Sequence record: LC739535.1
Strand: one strand, 5' to 3'
DNA from: Escherichia phage phiWec186
DNA: 64,000 bases
Under the pieces are notes generated by a model that was not told the origin of the DNA, made no database searches, and saw nothing but the letters and a program-made list of their open reading frames with translations. Of the stretch, positions 18,439 through 26,674 are shown piece after piece. The position numbers and the translations under genes were made by a program. Each line of letters starts with the position of its first letter. The first letter of the stretch is position 1.

Positions 18439-19029
18439 ATGAATACCGAGAGAGATTTAAAACTCTTGTGGTGGGAAGTGATGCAGGAGATCAAGGAGGA
18501 TTTCCCTGTTTACTACAACATGCTACGTGAAGCTGGATATACGGCTTGCGTTAGGAACAAAGTGAATAACTCTTTCGGTTGGTGCAACTACCGAGAAAAG
18601 ATTGTTGTTGTGAATTGGCACTTGCATAAAAACTCCACAAGGGATATGATAGTGGACACAATGAAGCATGAGATTGCTCATGCGATCGACGGTTGTATGG
18701 GTAAGTTCAGTCGTCATGGACCACACTGGCAAAAGCTGGCAGCAGAGTTGGGAGCCAATCCTAAAGCTACTTCCAAAGAACCGTTAAACCATGAGTACAA
18801 ATATGTTCTTGTTTTGGTGGACAGATTTGCCACAAGATGTGTTAGAGGGTATAATCGTAAACCTAACCGTATGACTCCAGGGAAACAACCACATATTTGG
18901 TTGAAGAGTGATAAAGAGGGGACAGAAGGAAAAATATGGTTGTATAAATGGGAAGATTGGGTTAAAGTAGCTAAAGAATATGGTGTTTCACCTTACACAA
19001 GAGAAATAGAAGAGGAGAATGAAGAATGA
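18439..19029 (+). CDS. SprT-like zinc metallopeptidase (putative)
   Basis: HExxH motif MKHEIAHAIDG. Confidence 0.45.
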   Translation: MNTERDLKLLWWEVMQEIKEDFPVYYNMLREAGYTACVRNKVNNSFGWCNYREKIVVVNWHLHKNSTRDMIVDTMKHEIAHAIDGCMGKFSRHGPHWQKLAAELGANPKATSKEPLNHEYKYVLVLVDRFATRCVRGYNRKPNRMTPGKQPHIWLKSDKEGTEGKIWLYKWEDWVKVAKEYGVSPYTREIEEENEE

Positions 19030-20138
19030 CAAGTCCATTTTTGAAAGCGGCAACTGGTGGTCAAAAGAAATCTGAAACGAGTGTACTGACTGCTACTACA
19101 GATGCAAGCAAGTCCGTGTTCGCTCCGAGTGTCCTGGATGCAAGTCCAGTGTATGCTCCAGCAGCGCCAAAAGCTGTGCCTACCTTGCCAACAATGTCTC
19201 GTAAAGAGATTGAAGAAGTGGGTGCAGAAGCAGGTTTAACTCTCCGCACGCTGAATGCCGAAGTGTTAAAGCACCAACGTAGCAATCAAGGCGATGAAAT
19301 GAGCCAACGCCTTACCGCGCTGATTAAACAAGCCAAACAGCTTGATCCTGCTTCTATCAAGCAGAGCAAAGGTGTAGGCAAACTTATCAAGAAACTGATG
19401 GGTATGAAGGAAGATCTGTTCGGGGAATTCGATAATGTGAACAACCGTATCGAAGAACTCGTTAAGAATCTTCAGATGGATATTCGTAAAGAAGAAGATT
19501 CTCTGGTGTACCTGGAGAAGCTGCACCAGGCGATCGGACAGTACGCCGCAAGCCTGAATCGTGATATGGAATTACTCACAGCAGCTTATGAGCAAGAACT
19601 GGCTAACTTTGAAGCTACGCCAGAAGATGACGTAGAAGCCCGTCAACGCGTCCGTGACACGCTTGATCTTCTGGAGATACGTATTGCTGACTTGAAGGCA
19701 TTACGCTTGCTGTGCGTGCAAATGGGGCCGCGTGTATTGGGTATGCAGAAAGTATCTGCCAGCCTCATGCGTTCTGCTCGTAATATTGTGAACAATGTGA
19801 TTCCTGCTTACTCGGCAAACTTCTCGATGTATATTGAAAGTCTGCGCCAGAAGAAAGCAGCAGAAACACAGAACAACGTTCTGGACGAGTTCAACCTGGC
19901 AATCAAACTGGGTAGCGATCTTGCCACACAGAACCAGATCGAAGCAGCAGCACTGGCTAACCGCCAAGTGTTGGATATCGAAACTCTGCGTCACGATCAG
20001 GAGAACTTGGTTAAGATGTTGGAAGAAACTAACCGCATCAATACGGAAGCCCGTGCTGCCCGTGTTGATTACATCAATGAAGTTCAATCTCTCGAAGATG
20101 GGATGGTTGACGCTGTTAAGAAGGGGTTGGGTAAATGA
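19026..20138 (+). CDS. TelA-like (toxic anion resistance family) protein
   Basis: About 370 aa helical protein; segments resemble TelA/KlaB as I recall them; SD GAGGAG. Confidence 0.5.
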   Translation: MTSPFLKAATGGQKKSETSVLTATTDASKSVFAPSVLDASPVYAPAAPKAVPTLPTMSRKEIEEVGAEAGLTLRTLNAEVLKHQRSNQGDEMSQRLTALIKQAKQLDPASIKQSKGVGKLIKKLMGMKEDLFGEFDNVNNRIEELVKNLQMDIRKEEDSLVYLEKLHQAIGQYAASLNRDMELLTAAYEQELANFEATPEDDVEARQRVRDTLDLLEIRIADLKALRLLCVQMGPRVLGMQKVSASLMRSARNIVNNVIPAYSANFSMYIESLRQKKAAETQNNVLDEFNLAIKLGSDLATQNQIEAAALANRQVLDIETLRHDQENLVKMLEETNRINTEARAARVDYINEVQSLEDGMVDAVKKGLGK

Positions 20139-20341
20139 GAATCCGTGTATACATGCTTGACGAACAAGCTGGAGAAATAGGTGTTCGTTATGATGAAGAG
20201 AAACGCTTTGCCCCAATGACCCAGCTACAAACTCCAGATATTTTTGCAGCTTGTCGTGACGGATATATCTATGAAGGTTGTCGCAACTTTGGCAGATTTA
20301 AAGTTATTTCTGATGTGGAATTTAACGAGGAGGAAGAATGA
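20135..20341 (+). CDS. hypothetical protein
   Basis: ATGA-coupled. Confidence 0.5.
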   Translation: MRIRVYMLDEQAGEIGVRYDEEKRFAPMTQLQTPDIFAACRDGYIYEGCRNFGRFKVISDVEFNEEEE

Positions 20342-20508
20342 AAACATTGCGTGTGAACATCGAAACTACCTGGCGAGATTTCGAGGTTGTTGATATTGAG
20401 ATTGAAGACGATATGTCTCAAGAAGATATCGAAGATCTTGCAAAAGAAACATTTCAGGACTATTGTAATTACGGGTTCCATATTTTAGGGGAGGAAGAAG
20501 ATGTTTAA
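20338..20508 (+). CDS. hypothetical small acidic protein
   Basis: 56 aa ORF not in the track; SD GAGGAGGAAGA. Confidence 0.45.
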   Translation: MKTLRVNIETTWRDFEVVDIEIEDDMSQEDIEDLAKETFQDYCNYGFHILGEEEDV

Positions 20509-20899
20509 ACACACAAACGTAAACTTGAAATTAACAGTAACAGATCCGACTCTTTTCATCAATCTTACAAGCGGGGAAGTTTATGAAGTTATCACAGACG
20601 AGGATGGTTCTTGCTTCCTTAAAGGTTATTATCTCTGTGAATCTGATGAGTTGGTATCTATTATCACCTTGGGAGAATACGAAGAACCAGGCTTCCGTGT
20701 GGAGGTTGTTAAGAATCCCGATATTATCCAGTTGACTCGCCAAGAACTGATCACAATCATGGAAGACGCTTTTATTGATGGATGGAAGACTCAAAACTAT
20801 GATTGGAGTGGCCCAGAAGACTTCCTGCGTCTTCATAAAGAGTATGACGATTCCAGCGAAACTACTATTGCCATTGATAGTATTAAGGCTGGTGTGTAA
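20501..20899 (+). CDS. hypothetical protein
   Basis: SD GGGGAGGAAGA. Confidence 0.55.
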   Translation: MFKHTNVNLKLTVTDPTLFINLTSGEVYEVITDEDGSCFLKGYYLCESDELVSIITLGEYEEPGFRVEVVKNPDIIQLTRQELITIMEDAFIDGWKTQNYDWSGPEDFLRLHKEYDDSSETTIAIDSIKAGV

Positions 20900-20908
20900 T
20901 GAAAAGTG

Positions 20909-20937
20909 TTGACAACAATCTCCATAAGATGGATAAT
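20909..20937 (+). promoter_or_regulatory. sigma70-like promoter TTGACA-N17-GATAAT
   Basis: gtgTTGACAac context in the intergenic gap. Confidence 0.55.
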
Positions 20938-20968
20938 ACCTCCATCGAAAAAACGGGAGGAGATAAGA

Positions 20969-21241
20969 ATGTTTGATTTTAAAATAAAGGATTCAAAACC
21001 CCAAGATGTAGCAGTTCGTTTCGAAGAGTTGGGGATTGGTGAAACTTTCATGTATTATTCAGCATATGAAGAAAATGGTTTGGATACATTTGCAAACTTA
21101 GTATTCCTTAAAAGCGGCGGCGCGACTGCTGTTTGTTTGAATAGTTCATCAAGAGGGAGTGTCCATACCGTATCCCCAGATGTGCCGATGGTTGCAGTTC
21201 GTTTAGTAGTTACTGATATTACACTTACAGAGGAGAAATAA
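20969..21241 (+). CDS. hypothetical protein (paralog of 22263..22544)
   Basis: ATG at 20969 after GGGAGGAG; homologous to the 22263 product. Confidence 0.55.
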   Translation: MFDFKIKDSKPQDVAVRFEELGIGETFMYYSAYEENGLDTFANLVFLKSGGATAVCLNSSSRGSVHTVSPDVPMVAVRLVVTDITLTEEK

Positions 21242-21242
21242 T

Positions 21243-22043
21243 ATGTCCAATAAAATTAGCCTGAAGAAACGCCAAGACACCCTGACCATTTCACTGAAGA
21301 AAAAGAAAATTGTCAACGAAGATCAAAAGATCGTTCTGCGTGTTGCAAGCGCACTGGATATCTCCGGCAGCATGTCCAGCCTGTATCGTAACGGTACTGT
21401 AAGTGAGTTTGTTGGTAAGCTGCTTCCGTTTGGTATGCTGTTCGATGATAACGCGCAGATCGATATGTGGGCTTTCAACAATAGCTCTCGTGAAATCACT
21501 CCAGCAACTGCTGATGTGTATGATGATTACGTTGGTAAATGCATTAATGGTCGTGTAACAGTCCAGGGTGGCACAAGCTATGCACCTGTTATGCAGGATA
21601 TTTACGATTCCTACTTCGGTAGCACCACTAAATATGAAACTGTAGAAACCCCTGTAACCAAAGAAGTTCCTAAGAAAGGTTTCTTCAACCGTTTACTGGG
21701 TAAAACCGAAACTGTAGAAGCTATTGTAGAAAAAACTGTAGCCGTTGCTGTGCCTGGTGTAGACGTTACTCCGGCAGTTGTGTTCTTCCAGACAGATGGA
21801 GAGAACGATGATCCGAGCCGTGTACTCTCCGTACTGGAAAAGAACAAGGGTAAACCTATTTACTGGTTCATGGTGGGTGTTGGTAGTGCTCGTTTCTCTT
21901 TCCTGAAAGATTTGGCTGAAGCTTACGACAACGTAGCATTCATTGGTCTGAACGATCTTTCCTTGACAGACGAGCAGCTTTACGATAAACTCTTGTCTGA
22001 AGAGTTCGGTGAGTGGGTTGAAAAGGTTGGTGCTAAGAAATGA
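21243..22043 (+). CDS. von Willebrand factor A (vWA) domain protein, TerY-like
   Basis: MIDAS motif LDISGSM, then GGTSYAPV and VFFQTDGENDD; N-terminus shares the SxKISLKK...ISLKK start with the TerD gene. Confidence 0.65.
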   Translation: MSNKISLKKRQDTLTISLKKKKIVNEDQKIVLRVASALDISGSMSSLYRNGTVSEFVGKLLPFGMLFDDNAQIDMWAFNNSSREITPATADVYDDYVGKCINGRVTVQGGTSYAPVMQDIYDSYFGSTTKYETVETPVTKEVPKKGFFNRLLGKTETVEAIVEKTVAVAVPGVDVTPAVVFFQTDGENDDPSRVLSVLEKNKGKPIYWFMVGVGSARFSFLKDLAEAYDNVAFIGLNDLSLTDEQLYDKLLSEEFGEWVEKVGAKK

Positions 22044-22282
22044 TCGACACGCTGATCTCTCAAACGGTGTTGCAAGTGATGCGTGAGAGAGAAGCTTTCA
22101 TCATGAAGGGTCTTAAAGATTATTTTGGGACTCTTTCTTTGGAAGAACTCAAACTACGCGTTGAGATCCATGCGTATCCTTCTTATGAAGAATGGATTGA
22201 CAAAGCAAATAAAGCTGTTATAATGCGTATCAACAAACCAGAAATCACGACAGGAGGACAAGATGTTAAATTTCGCCATTAA
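22040..22282 (+). CDS. hypothetical protein
   Basis: ATGA-coupled ORF; weak SD. Confidence 0.4.
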   Translation: MIDTLISQTVLQVMREREAFIMKGLKDYFGTLSLEELKLRVEIHAYPSYEEWIDKANKAVIMRINKPEITTGGQDVKFRH

Positions 22283-22544
22283 GAAAGATAGCAAACCAAA
22301 GATTCAGACTTGTCGCATTGCAAATCTTACACATGGTGATTTGTTTGTTCTGAAAAGTGCCTACGACGAAGACGGTCTTGATCCAGAAGCAGTCGTCGTT
22401 TATATGGTGTTGCGGCGAGATGAAGACACCAAGCACCCATACAATGCGGTAGAGATGAATTACAATGCAATGTTGTGCTCAATACACTATACGGCAGAGT
22501 TGGTGCAGGTAGAGTTAACAGTTAACGAAATTAAACTTAAATAA
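22263..22544 (+). CDS. hypothetical protein (paralog of 20969..21241)
   Basis: SD AGGAGGA; sequence similarity to 20969..21241. Confidence 0.55.
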   Translation: MLNFAIKKDSKPKIQTCRIANLTHGDLFVLKSAYDEDGLDPEAVVVYMVLRRDEDTKHPYNAVEMNYNAMLCSIHYTAELVQVELTVNEIKLK

Positions 22545-22559
22545 TAGAGGAGACACATA

Positions 22560-23162
22560 ATGAGCGATAAAATTTCCCTGAAAAAAGGTTCCACCGAGAA
22601 GATTTCCCTGAAGAAAGTTGCTCCGGCACTGAAAGAACTGCGTCTGGAGTTCTCCTGGAAATCAAACTCTAAACTGGATCTGGATGTAAGCGCACTTGTA
22701 TGCCGACACAACGCCTCTGGCAACCCTGAAATGCTGTCTGCACGTCATCTGGTTTGTTATGCTAACAAGTTTGATCCAGAACGTTCTGTATTCGCAGGTG
22801 ATGATGTTCGTGACGGTACTGGTCAAATGGAACAAATCGATGTAACCTTGGCTAAGATCTCCGATAAAGCCGAAGAGATTGCTTTTGTCCTAACTATTGA
22901 TGATGAAACGGGTCAGAAACGTCTGGGTCACGCTACTGAAGGTATGCTGAAGATCTTTGATGCCGAGCGTAACGTTGAGATCCTGGACTTCGACTTCTTG
23001 GCTCCTGAAGTGGCTGGTAATACCATCTGCCACGTAGCTTCCCTGGTTCGTGAAGACGGTGAATGGAAACTGAAAGCTTACGGTGTTGGTAAAGCAGGTA
23101 TGGATATCTGTGATGTGGTTATGGCCTTCGGTGGTCAGAAAGAATGGTACGATTGCCCGTAA
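22560..23162 (+). CDS. TerD-domain protein
   Basis: TerD-like layout: N-terminal ISLKKG..ISLKK, DLDVSALV, GDDVRDGTG, FDFLAPE, C-terminal WKLKAYG. Confidence 0.7.
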   Translation: MSDKISLKKGSTEKISLKKVAPALKELRLEFSWKSNSKLDLDVSALVCRHNASGNPEMLSARHLVCYANKFDPERSVFAGDDVRDGTGQMEQIDVTLAKISDKAEEIAFVLTIDDETGQKRLGHATEGMLKIFDAERNVEILDFDFLAPEVAGNTICHVASLVREDGEWKLKAYGVGKAGMDICDVVMAFGGQKEWYDCP

Positions 23163-23199
23163 GATTTAACTGAAATGTTGTTGGGGGAGAAATCCCCCA

Positions 23200-23228
23200 T
23201 TGCAAAAACGCCTCTCATGTGTTATACT
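23200..23228 (+). promoter_or_regulatory. sigma70-like promoter TTGCAA-N17-TATACT
   Basis: Preceded by a ggggga-gaaa-tccccc hairpin. Confidence 0.5.
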
Positions 23229-23259
23229 GGTAGTTCATTCACCCAAAAGGAGGCAAAAT

Positions 23260-23781
23260 TTGCTGATAAAAAACTTTGTAACAGTTGCGTTACTATCCTT
23301 AACTGCTTTTACATTTACACCTGTCACGGCAACCGCCGAAGCTGCAAACGTAAAGACTGCTAAAGTAGTTCACAAATGTGCAAAGCAAGATACTAAAGAA
23401 AATCTCTTGGCTTGTGCAATTTACGCTGAAAGTCGTAATCAGGGTAAACGTGGGATGTATGCTGTAGGTAATGTAGTATTGAACAGGAAAGGTGATGATT
23501 ACTTCCCTGATAATATTAAAGATATTCTCTTCCAACGAGGACAATTCTCTTACAGGAAGAAGTTTAACGTTACCGAAGCAGAGCGATGGAAAGAAGCTAA
23601 AGCTATCGCAAAACGACTTATATACCTGGATACACACTTCCCTACACTTAGAGAAGCCCAGGACATGACAAAAGGTGCGACATTTTTTAAGAAAGTAAAA
23701 ACCCGTGCACACTGGACAAAAGATATGGTCTTAGTGTATCGTTATAAAGAACATCAGTTCTACCTACCGACAAGGAGCTAA
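23260..23781 (+). CDS. SleB/CwlJ-family cell-wall hydrolase with signal peptide (candidate endolysin)
   Basis: LACAIYAESRNQGKRGMYAVGNVVLNRKGDDYFPDNIKDILFQRGQFSY matches the cell-wall hydrolase family. TTG start at 23260 after AAGGAGG gives a signal peptide LIKNFVTVALLSLTAFTFTPVTATAEA. Confidence 0.6.
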   Translation: MLIKNFVTVALLSLTAFTFTPVTATAEAANVKTAKVVHKCAKQDTKENLLACAIYAESRNQGKRGMYAVGNVVLNRKGDDYFPDNIKDILFQRGQFSYRKKFNVTEAERWKEAKAIAKRLIYLDTHFPTLREAQDMTKGATFFKKVKTRAHWTKDMVLVYRYKEHQFYLPTRS

Positions 23782-23782
23782 T

Positions 23783-24067
23783 ATGCGAGAAGATAATACT
23801 GTTGTTGTTGCGAGCTATCTCGTTATCGGTTTAACCGAAGAAGATGTGTACTACATTCGTAAAGGTTTGGAAGCTTACGCTACCCTCTTCATGGAAGACG
23901 AAAGCGATGTTGATAAATATTCCGTGGAGTTGATCAACGACAGTATTTATCCTTGCATAGCTCTTAAAGTAGATGCTGTTCTGTGGGAGCGTTTTGCAAG
24001 AAGTCACGATGCTATTGAATCTTCAATGGTTATGACACAAAACAACATTTTGGGGGTGATTCACTAA
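23783..24067 (+). CDS. hypothetical protein
   Basis: SD AAGGAG. Confidence 0.55.
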   Translation: MREDNTVVVASYLVIGLTEEDVYYIRKGLEAYATLFMEDESDVDKYSVELINDSIYPCIALKVDAVLWERFARSHDAIESSMVMTQNNILGVIH

Positions 24068-24297
24068 TGGCAGATATCATTGAGGTAAACTTCCGTACTC
24101 GGAAGAAAGTAGAGAAATATACAATATTGAAAAGTGTTTGCGTTGTTTGTTTCAATAGTGTAATCTACGATTCAAGAAAGGGCGAAGACGGTAATGAGCC
24201 GTATATCGAACTGTCAAAGGGCAACGGTAGTTGCATTTGTAAAGCTTGTGCTGTTCAGATTAAGGGGGTTGTTGATGAAAACGAATGGGATAAATAA
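24067..24297 (+). CDS. hypothetical Cys-rich small protein
   Basis: CVVCF...CICKAC zinc-ribbon-like. Confidence 0.45.
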   Translation: MADIIEVNFRTRKKVEKYTILKSVCVVCFNSVIYDSRKGEDGNEPYIELSKGNGSCICKACAVQIKGVVDENEWDK

Positions 24298-24469
24298 TAC
24301 AGGGGAACTTTCTCTTGAGAACGTAACAAACGACAAACTGATTAAAATGCGAGATGTAGCTTTGGATCATCTCCAAGACTCCTTCAAGGAATATATGGAA
24401 GCACGGGATCGTGTGCTTGAGATTCGTCAAGCAATGGTTAAACGCGGAATGGTGGTGGATTCTAAATAA
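24275..24469 (+). CDS. hypothetical protein
   Basis: ATG at 24275 after AAGGGGG. Confidence 0.4.
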   Translation: MKTNGINNTGELSLENVTNDKLIKMRDVALDHLQDSFKEYMEARDRVLEIRQAMVKRGMVVDSK

Positions 24470-24478
24470 GGGGTCAGT

Positions 24479-25042
24479 ATGATTTATTATATTACCCCCT
24501 ATCTAAGTGGAGATATCGGCAAAGCAATTAACGATGCTATTGCCGTTCTTCACGAAGATAGTTGGGTCTGTTTACGTGATATCGATACCATGTTCTTACT
24601 GCCAGACCAACCTTCTATGTTGGAAGATTTGGTAGCAACCAATCCACCGTTTGATGTGATCGGTGCGTCTTGTAATCGTTTAGGTAGTGGTTATCAACTT
24701 CTCGGTGGAAAGATTGATGATGATCCTAACATTCTGAACCATATTTCTCATGCCAAAGTTGCTCGTGATTACTATGGTGATGAAATTGAAGAAGTCCCAC
24801 AAGGCACTCCCTTAGCAGGTTTCTTTCTATTGTTCAGGAAATCATTATGGAAGGAGATCCCTTTTGAAGAACGTACCATCCAGTTCGATATAATCTTCTC
24901 AAACACTTTACATGAACGAGGAAAAAGGTTAGGATTGATGCGTGGGATGTATCTCTTCCATATTTACCGTTTAGGTCAAAAAGATCCTCAACGGGCAATA
25001 TCACACCTTATGCATTGTCATGATCACCGGAAAACTATTTAG
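24479..25042 (+). CDS. putative glycosyltransferase (GT-A-like)
   Basis: N-terminal YYITPY...CLRDIDTMF arrangement; weak. Confidence 0.35.
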   Translation: MIYYITPYLSGDIGKAINDAIAVLHEDSWVCLRDIDTMFLLPDQPSMLEDLVATNPPFDVIGASCNRLGSGYQLLGGKIDDDPNILNHISHAKVARDYYGDEIEEVPQGTPLAGFFLLFRKSLWKEIPFEERTIQFDIIFSNTLHERGKRLGLMRGMYLFHIYRLGQKDPQRAISHLMHCHDHRKTI

Positions 25043-25050
25043 GGGGAAAG

Positions 25051-25734
25051 ATGGAAAATATTAAAATTGGGGTTGGCGTTATCACTGTAGGTGTTCGTCC
25101 ACTTAAAGATTACATGGTTGCACCTGGTGTAGACTTCAAAGTGTTTCACGATCCCGATCGTAAAGGTGTAGCTTATGCTCGCAACCAATTAATGAAACAG
25201 TTCTACGATGAAGGTTTTGACTACTGGTTCATTTTTGACGATGATTGCTATCCGGTTAAACGTGGCTGGGAAGAATACTTCGTTAACCAGGCTGTCGAGA
25301 ATGGTTGGGACTTCTTCGGTATGCCAGAATACTTCAAAGATACTGTGATAGGTTGTTCTGGAGAAGTAGTCTTCTGGGAATTGGCTATGTGTCAGTTTGC
25401 AATGTATTCTCGTGCAACTGTTGAGACGATGGGTTATTTCCGTCCTTATACACACGGATATGGTTTCGAAGATGCAGAATGGACTAATCGTCTGAAAGCT
25501 TCAGGTTTGAATAAAGGACTCCAGGGCGTACCTTGTCCGATGCGCATTATGGCGTACATTCACCCCGACGATGTTTTCGGTGATAACCCTTTACCTTTTG
25601 CTAATCTGACAAAAGAAGAGAAAGAATCAGCAATCGGGATCAATTGGGAAGAATACAAACTGTCTTTGGAGGATATTAATAATGGCAAAACACACATCTC
25701 TTTTGAAGAGGCTGAAGGATATGGCGTTAAATAA
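25051..25734 (+). CDS. putative glycosyltransferase (GT-A fold)
   Basis: WFIFDDDCYP acidic motif after a beta-strand-rich N-terminus. Confidence 0.45.
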   Translation: MENIKIGVGVITVGVRPLKDYMVAPGVDFKVFHDPDRKGVAYARNQLMKQFYDEGFDYWFIFDDDCYPVKRGWEEYFVNQAVENGWDFFGMPEYFKDTVIGCSGEVVFWELAMCQFAMYSRATVETMGYFRPYTHGYGFEDAEWTNRLKASGLNKGLQGVPCPMRIMAYIHPDDVFGDNPLPFANLTKEEKESAIGINWEEYKLSLEDINNGKTHISFEEAEGYGVK

Positions 25735-26668
25735 GAAACCAACCCTACTGTGTGACAACAAATTCAACAGTGGTTGTGATTACCATCGCATTGTCATGCC
25801 ATTTTCTAACACAGAGATCAAGCCACGTACTGATGTACTGGTCTTTAACCGCATCTTCTCGAAGGGTGCTGATGAAGTAGCCAAACTTAAGCGCCAAGGT
25901 GTTAAGATTGTTGTAGATTTGGATGATTTCTATCAATTGAATCCAGAACACTACCTGGCGCATCTGTACGCGCCAAACACCCGCACAATCGTGGAAATGG
26001 TTAAAATAGCAGATATTGTCATTGTCACAACCGAATACCTGGCGTACAAAGTTCGTCACTTAAACTCTAACGTTGTTGTGATCCGAAATGCTCTACCGTT
26101 TGATGATGGTCAATTCACTCTCTCGAATGATCGTACTTCGGGTACGCCTATCATTTGGGCTGGAGGTGCGAGTCATGAACCGGATTTACGTTTGCTTTCA
26201 AACACTTTTGATGATAGTTTATTGTCTATCGCAGGGTATGAAGCGAGCAGCACAGTGACAGGGCAAGAGTGGGTTAAGATCCGCCGTAGTTTGCCTAATG
26301 CGCAGTATAAACCTGCTGTAGATTCTTTGAATCATTATATGTCTGCATACGATGGTCATGCTATGGCTGTAGCTCCGTTAGTAGATAACGACTTCAACCA
26401 TTGCAAGAGCAACCTGAAAGTATTAGAAGCTGGTGCTAAAGGCATTCCAATCGTTTGTTCTAAGGTATTACCTTACTACAACCCGATCGATGCCCGTGCA
26501 GTAACCTTCGCAGATAGCAAAGCAGAGTGGCACTATGAAGTTGTAAAACTACTTCGTAATCCAAACTACCGCGAAGATCGTGGACTGTTCTTGGCTGAAC
26601 ATGTTCGTACTCACTACAACTTGAAGGATGCAAACGAATTGCGTCGTCAAGTGATCGAAAGTCTGTAG
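25721..26668 (+). CDS. putative glycosyltransferase (GT-B-like), tandem paralog 1
   Basis: Homologous to the next gene (CDYHR..., IWAGGASHEPDL, KSNLKVLEAGAKGIPIVCS); start could also be the ATG at 25682. Confidence 0.5.
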   Translation: MALNKKPTLLCDNKFNSGCDYHRIVMPFSNTEIKPRTDVLVFNRIFSKGADEVAKLKRQGVKIVVDLDDFYQLNPEHYLAHLYAPNTRTIVEMVKIADIVIVTTEYLAYKVRHLNSNVVVIRNALPFDDGQFTLSNDRTSGTPIIWAGGASHEPDLRLLSNTFDDSLLSIAGYEASSTVTGQEWVKIRRSLPNAQYKPAVDSLNHYMSAYDGHAMAVAPLVDNDFNHCKSNLKVLEAGAKGIPIVCSKVLPYYNPIDARAVTFADSKAEWHYEVVKLLRNPNYREDRGLFLAEHVRTHYNLKDANELRRQVIESL

Positions 26669-26674
26669 GTGTTT

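Noticed and set aside
19701-20216. 171-aa minus-strand ORF
   Set aside because: Antisense within the TelA-like gene.
23175-23363. 62-aa ORF upstream of and overlapping the SleB-like gene
   Set aside because: Overlaps the promoter and the signal-peptide-encoding 5' end of the better-supported gene.
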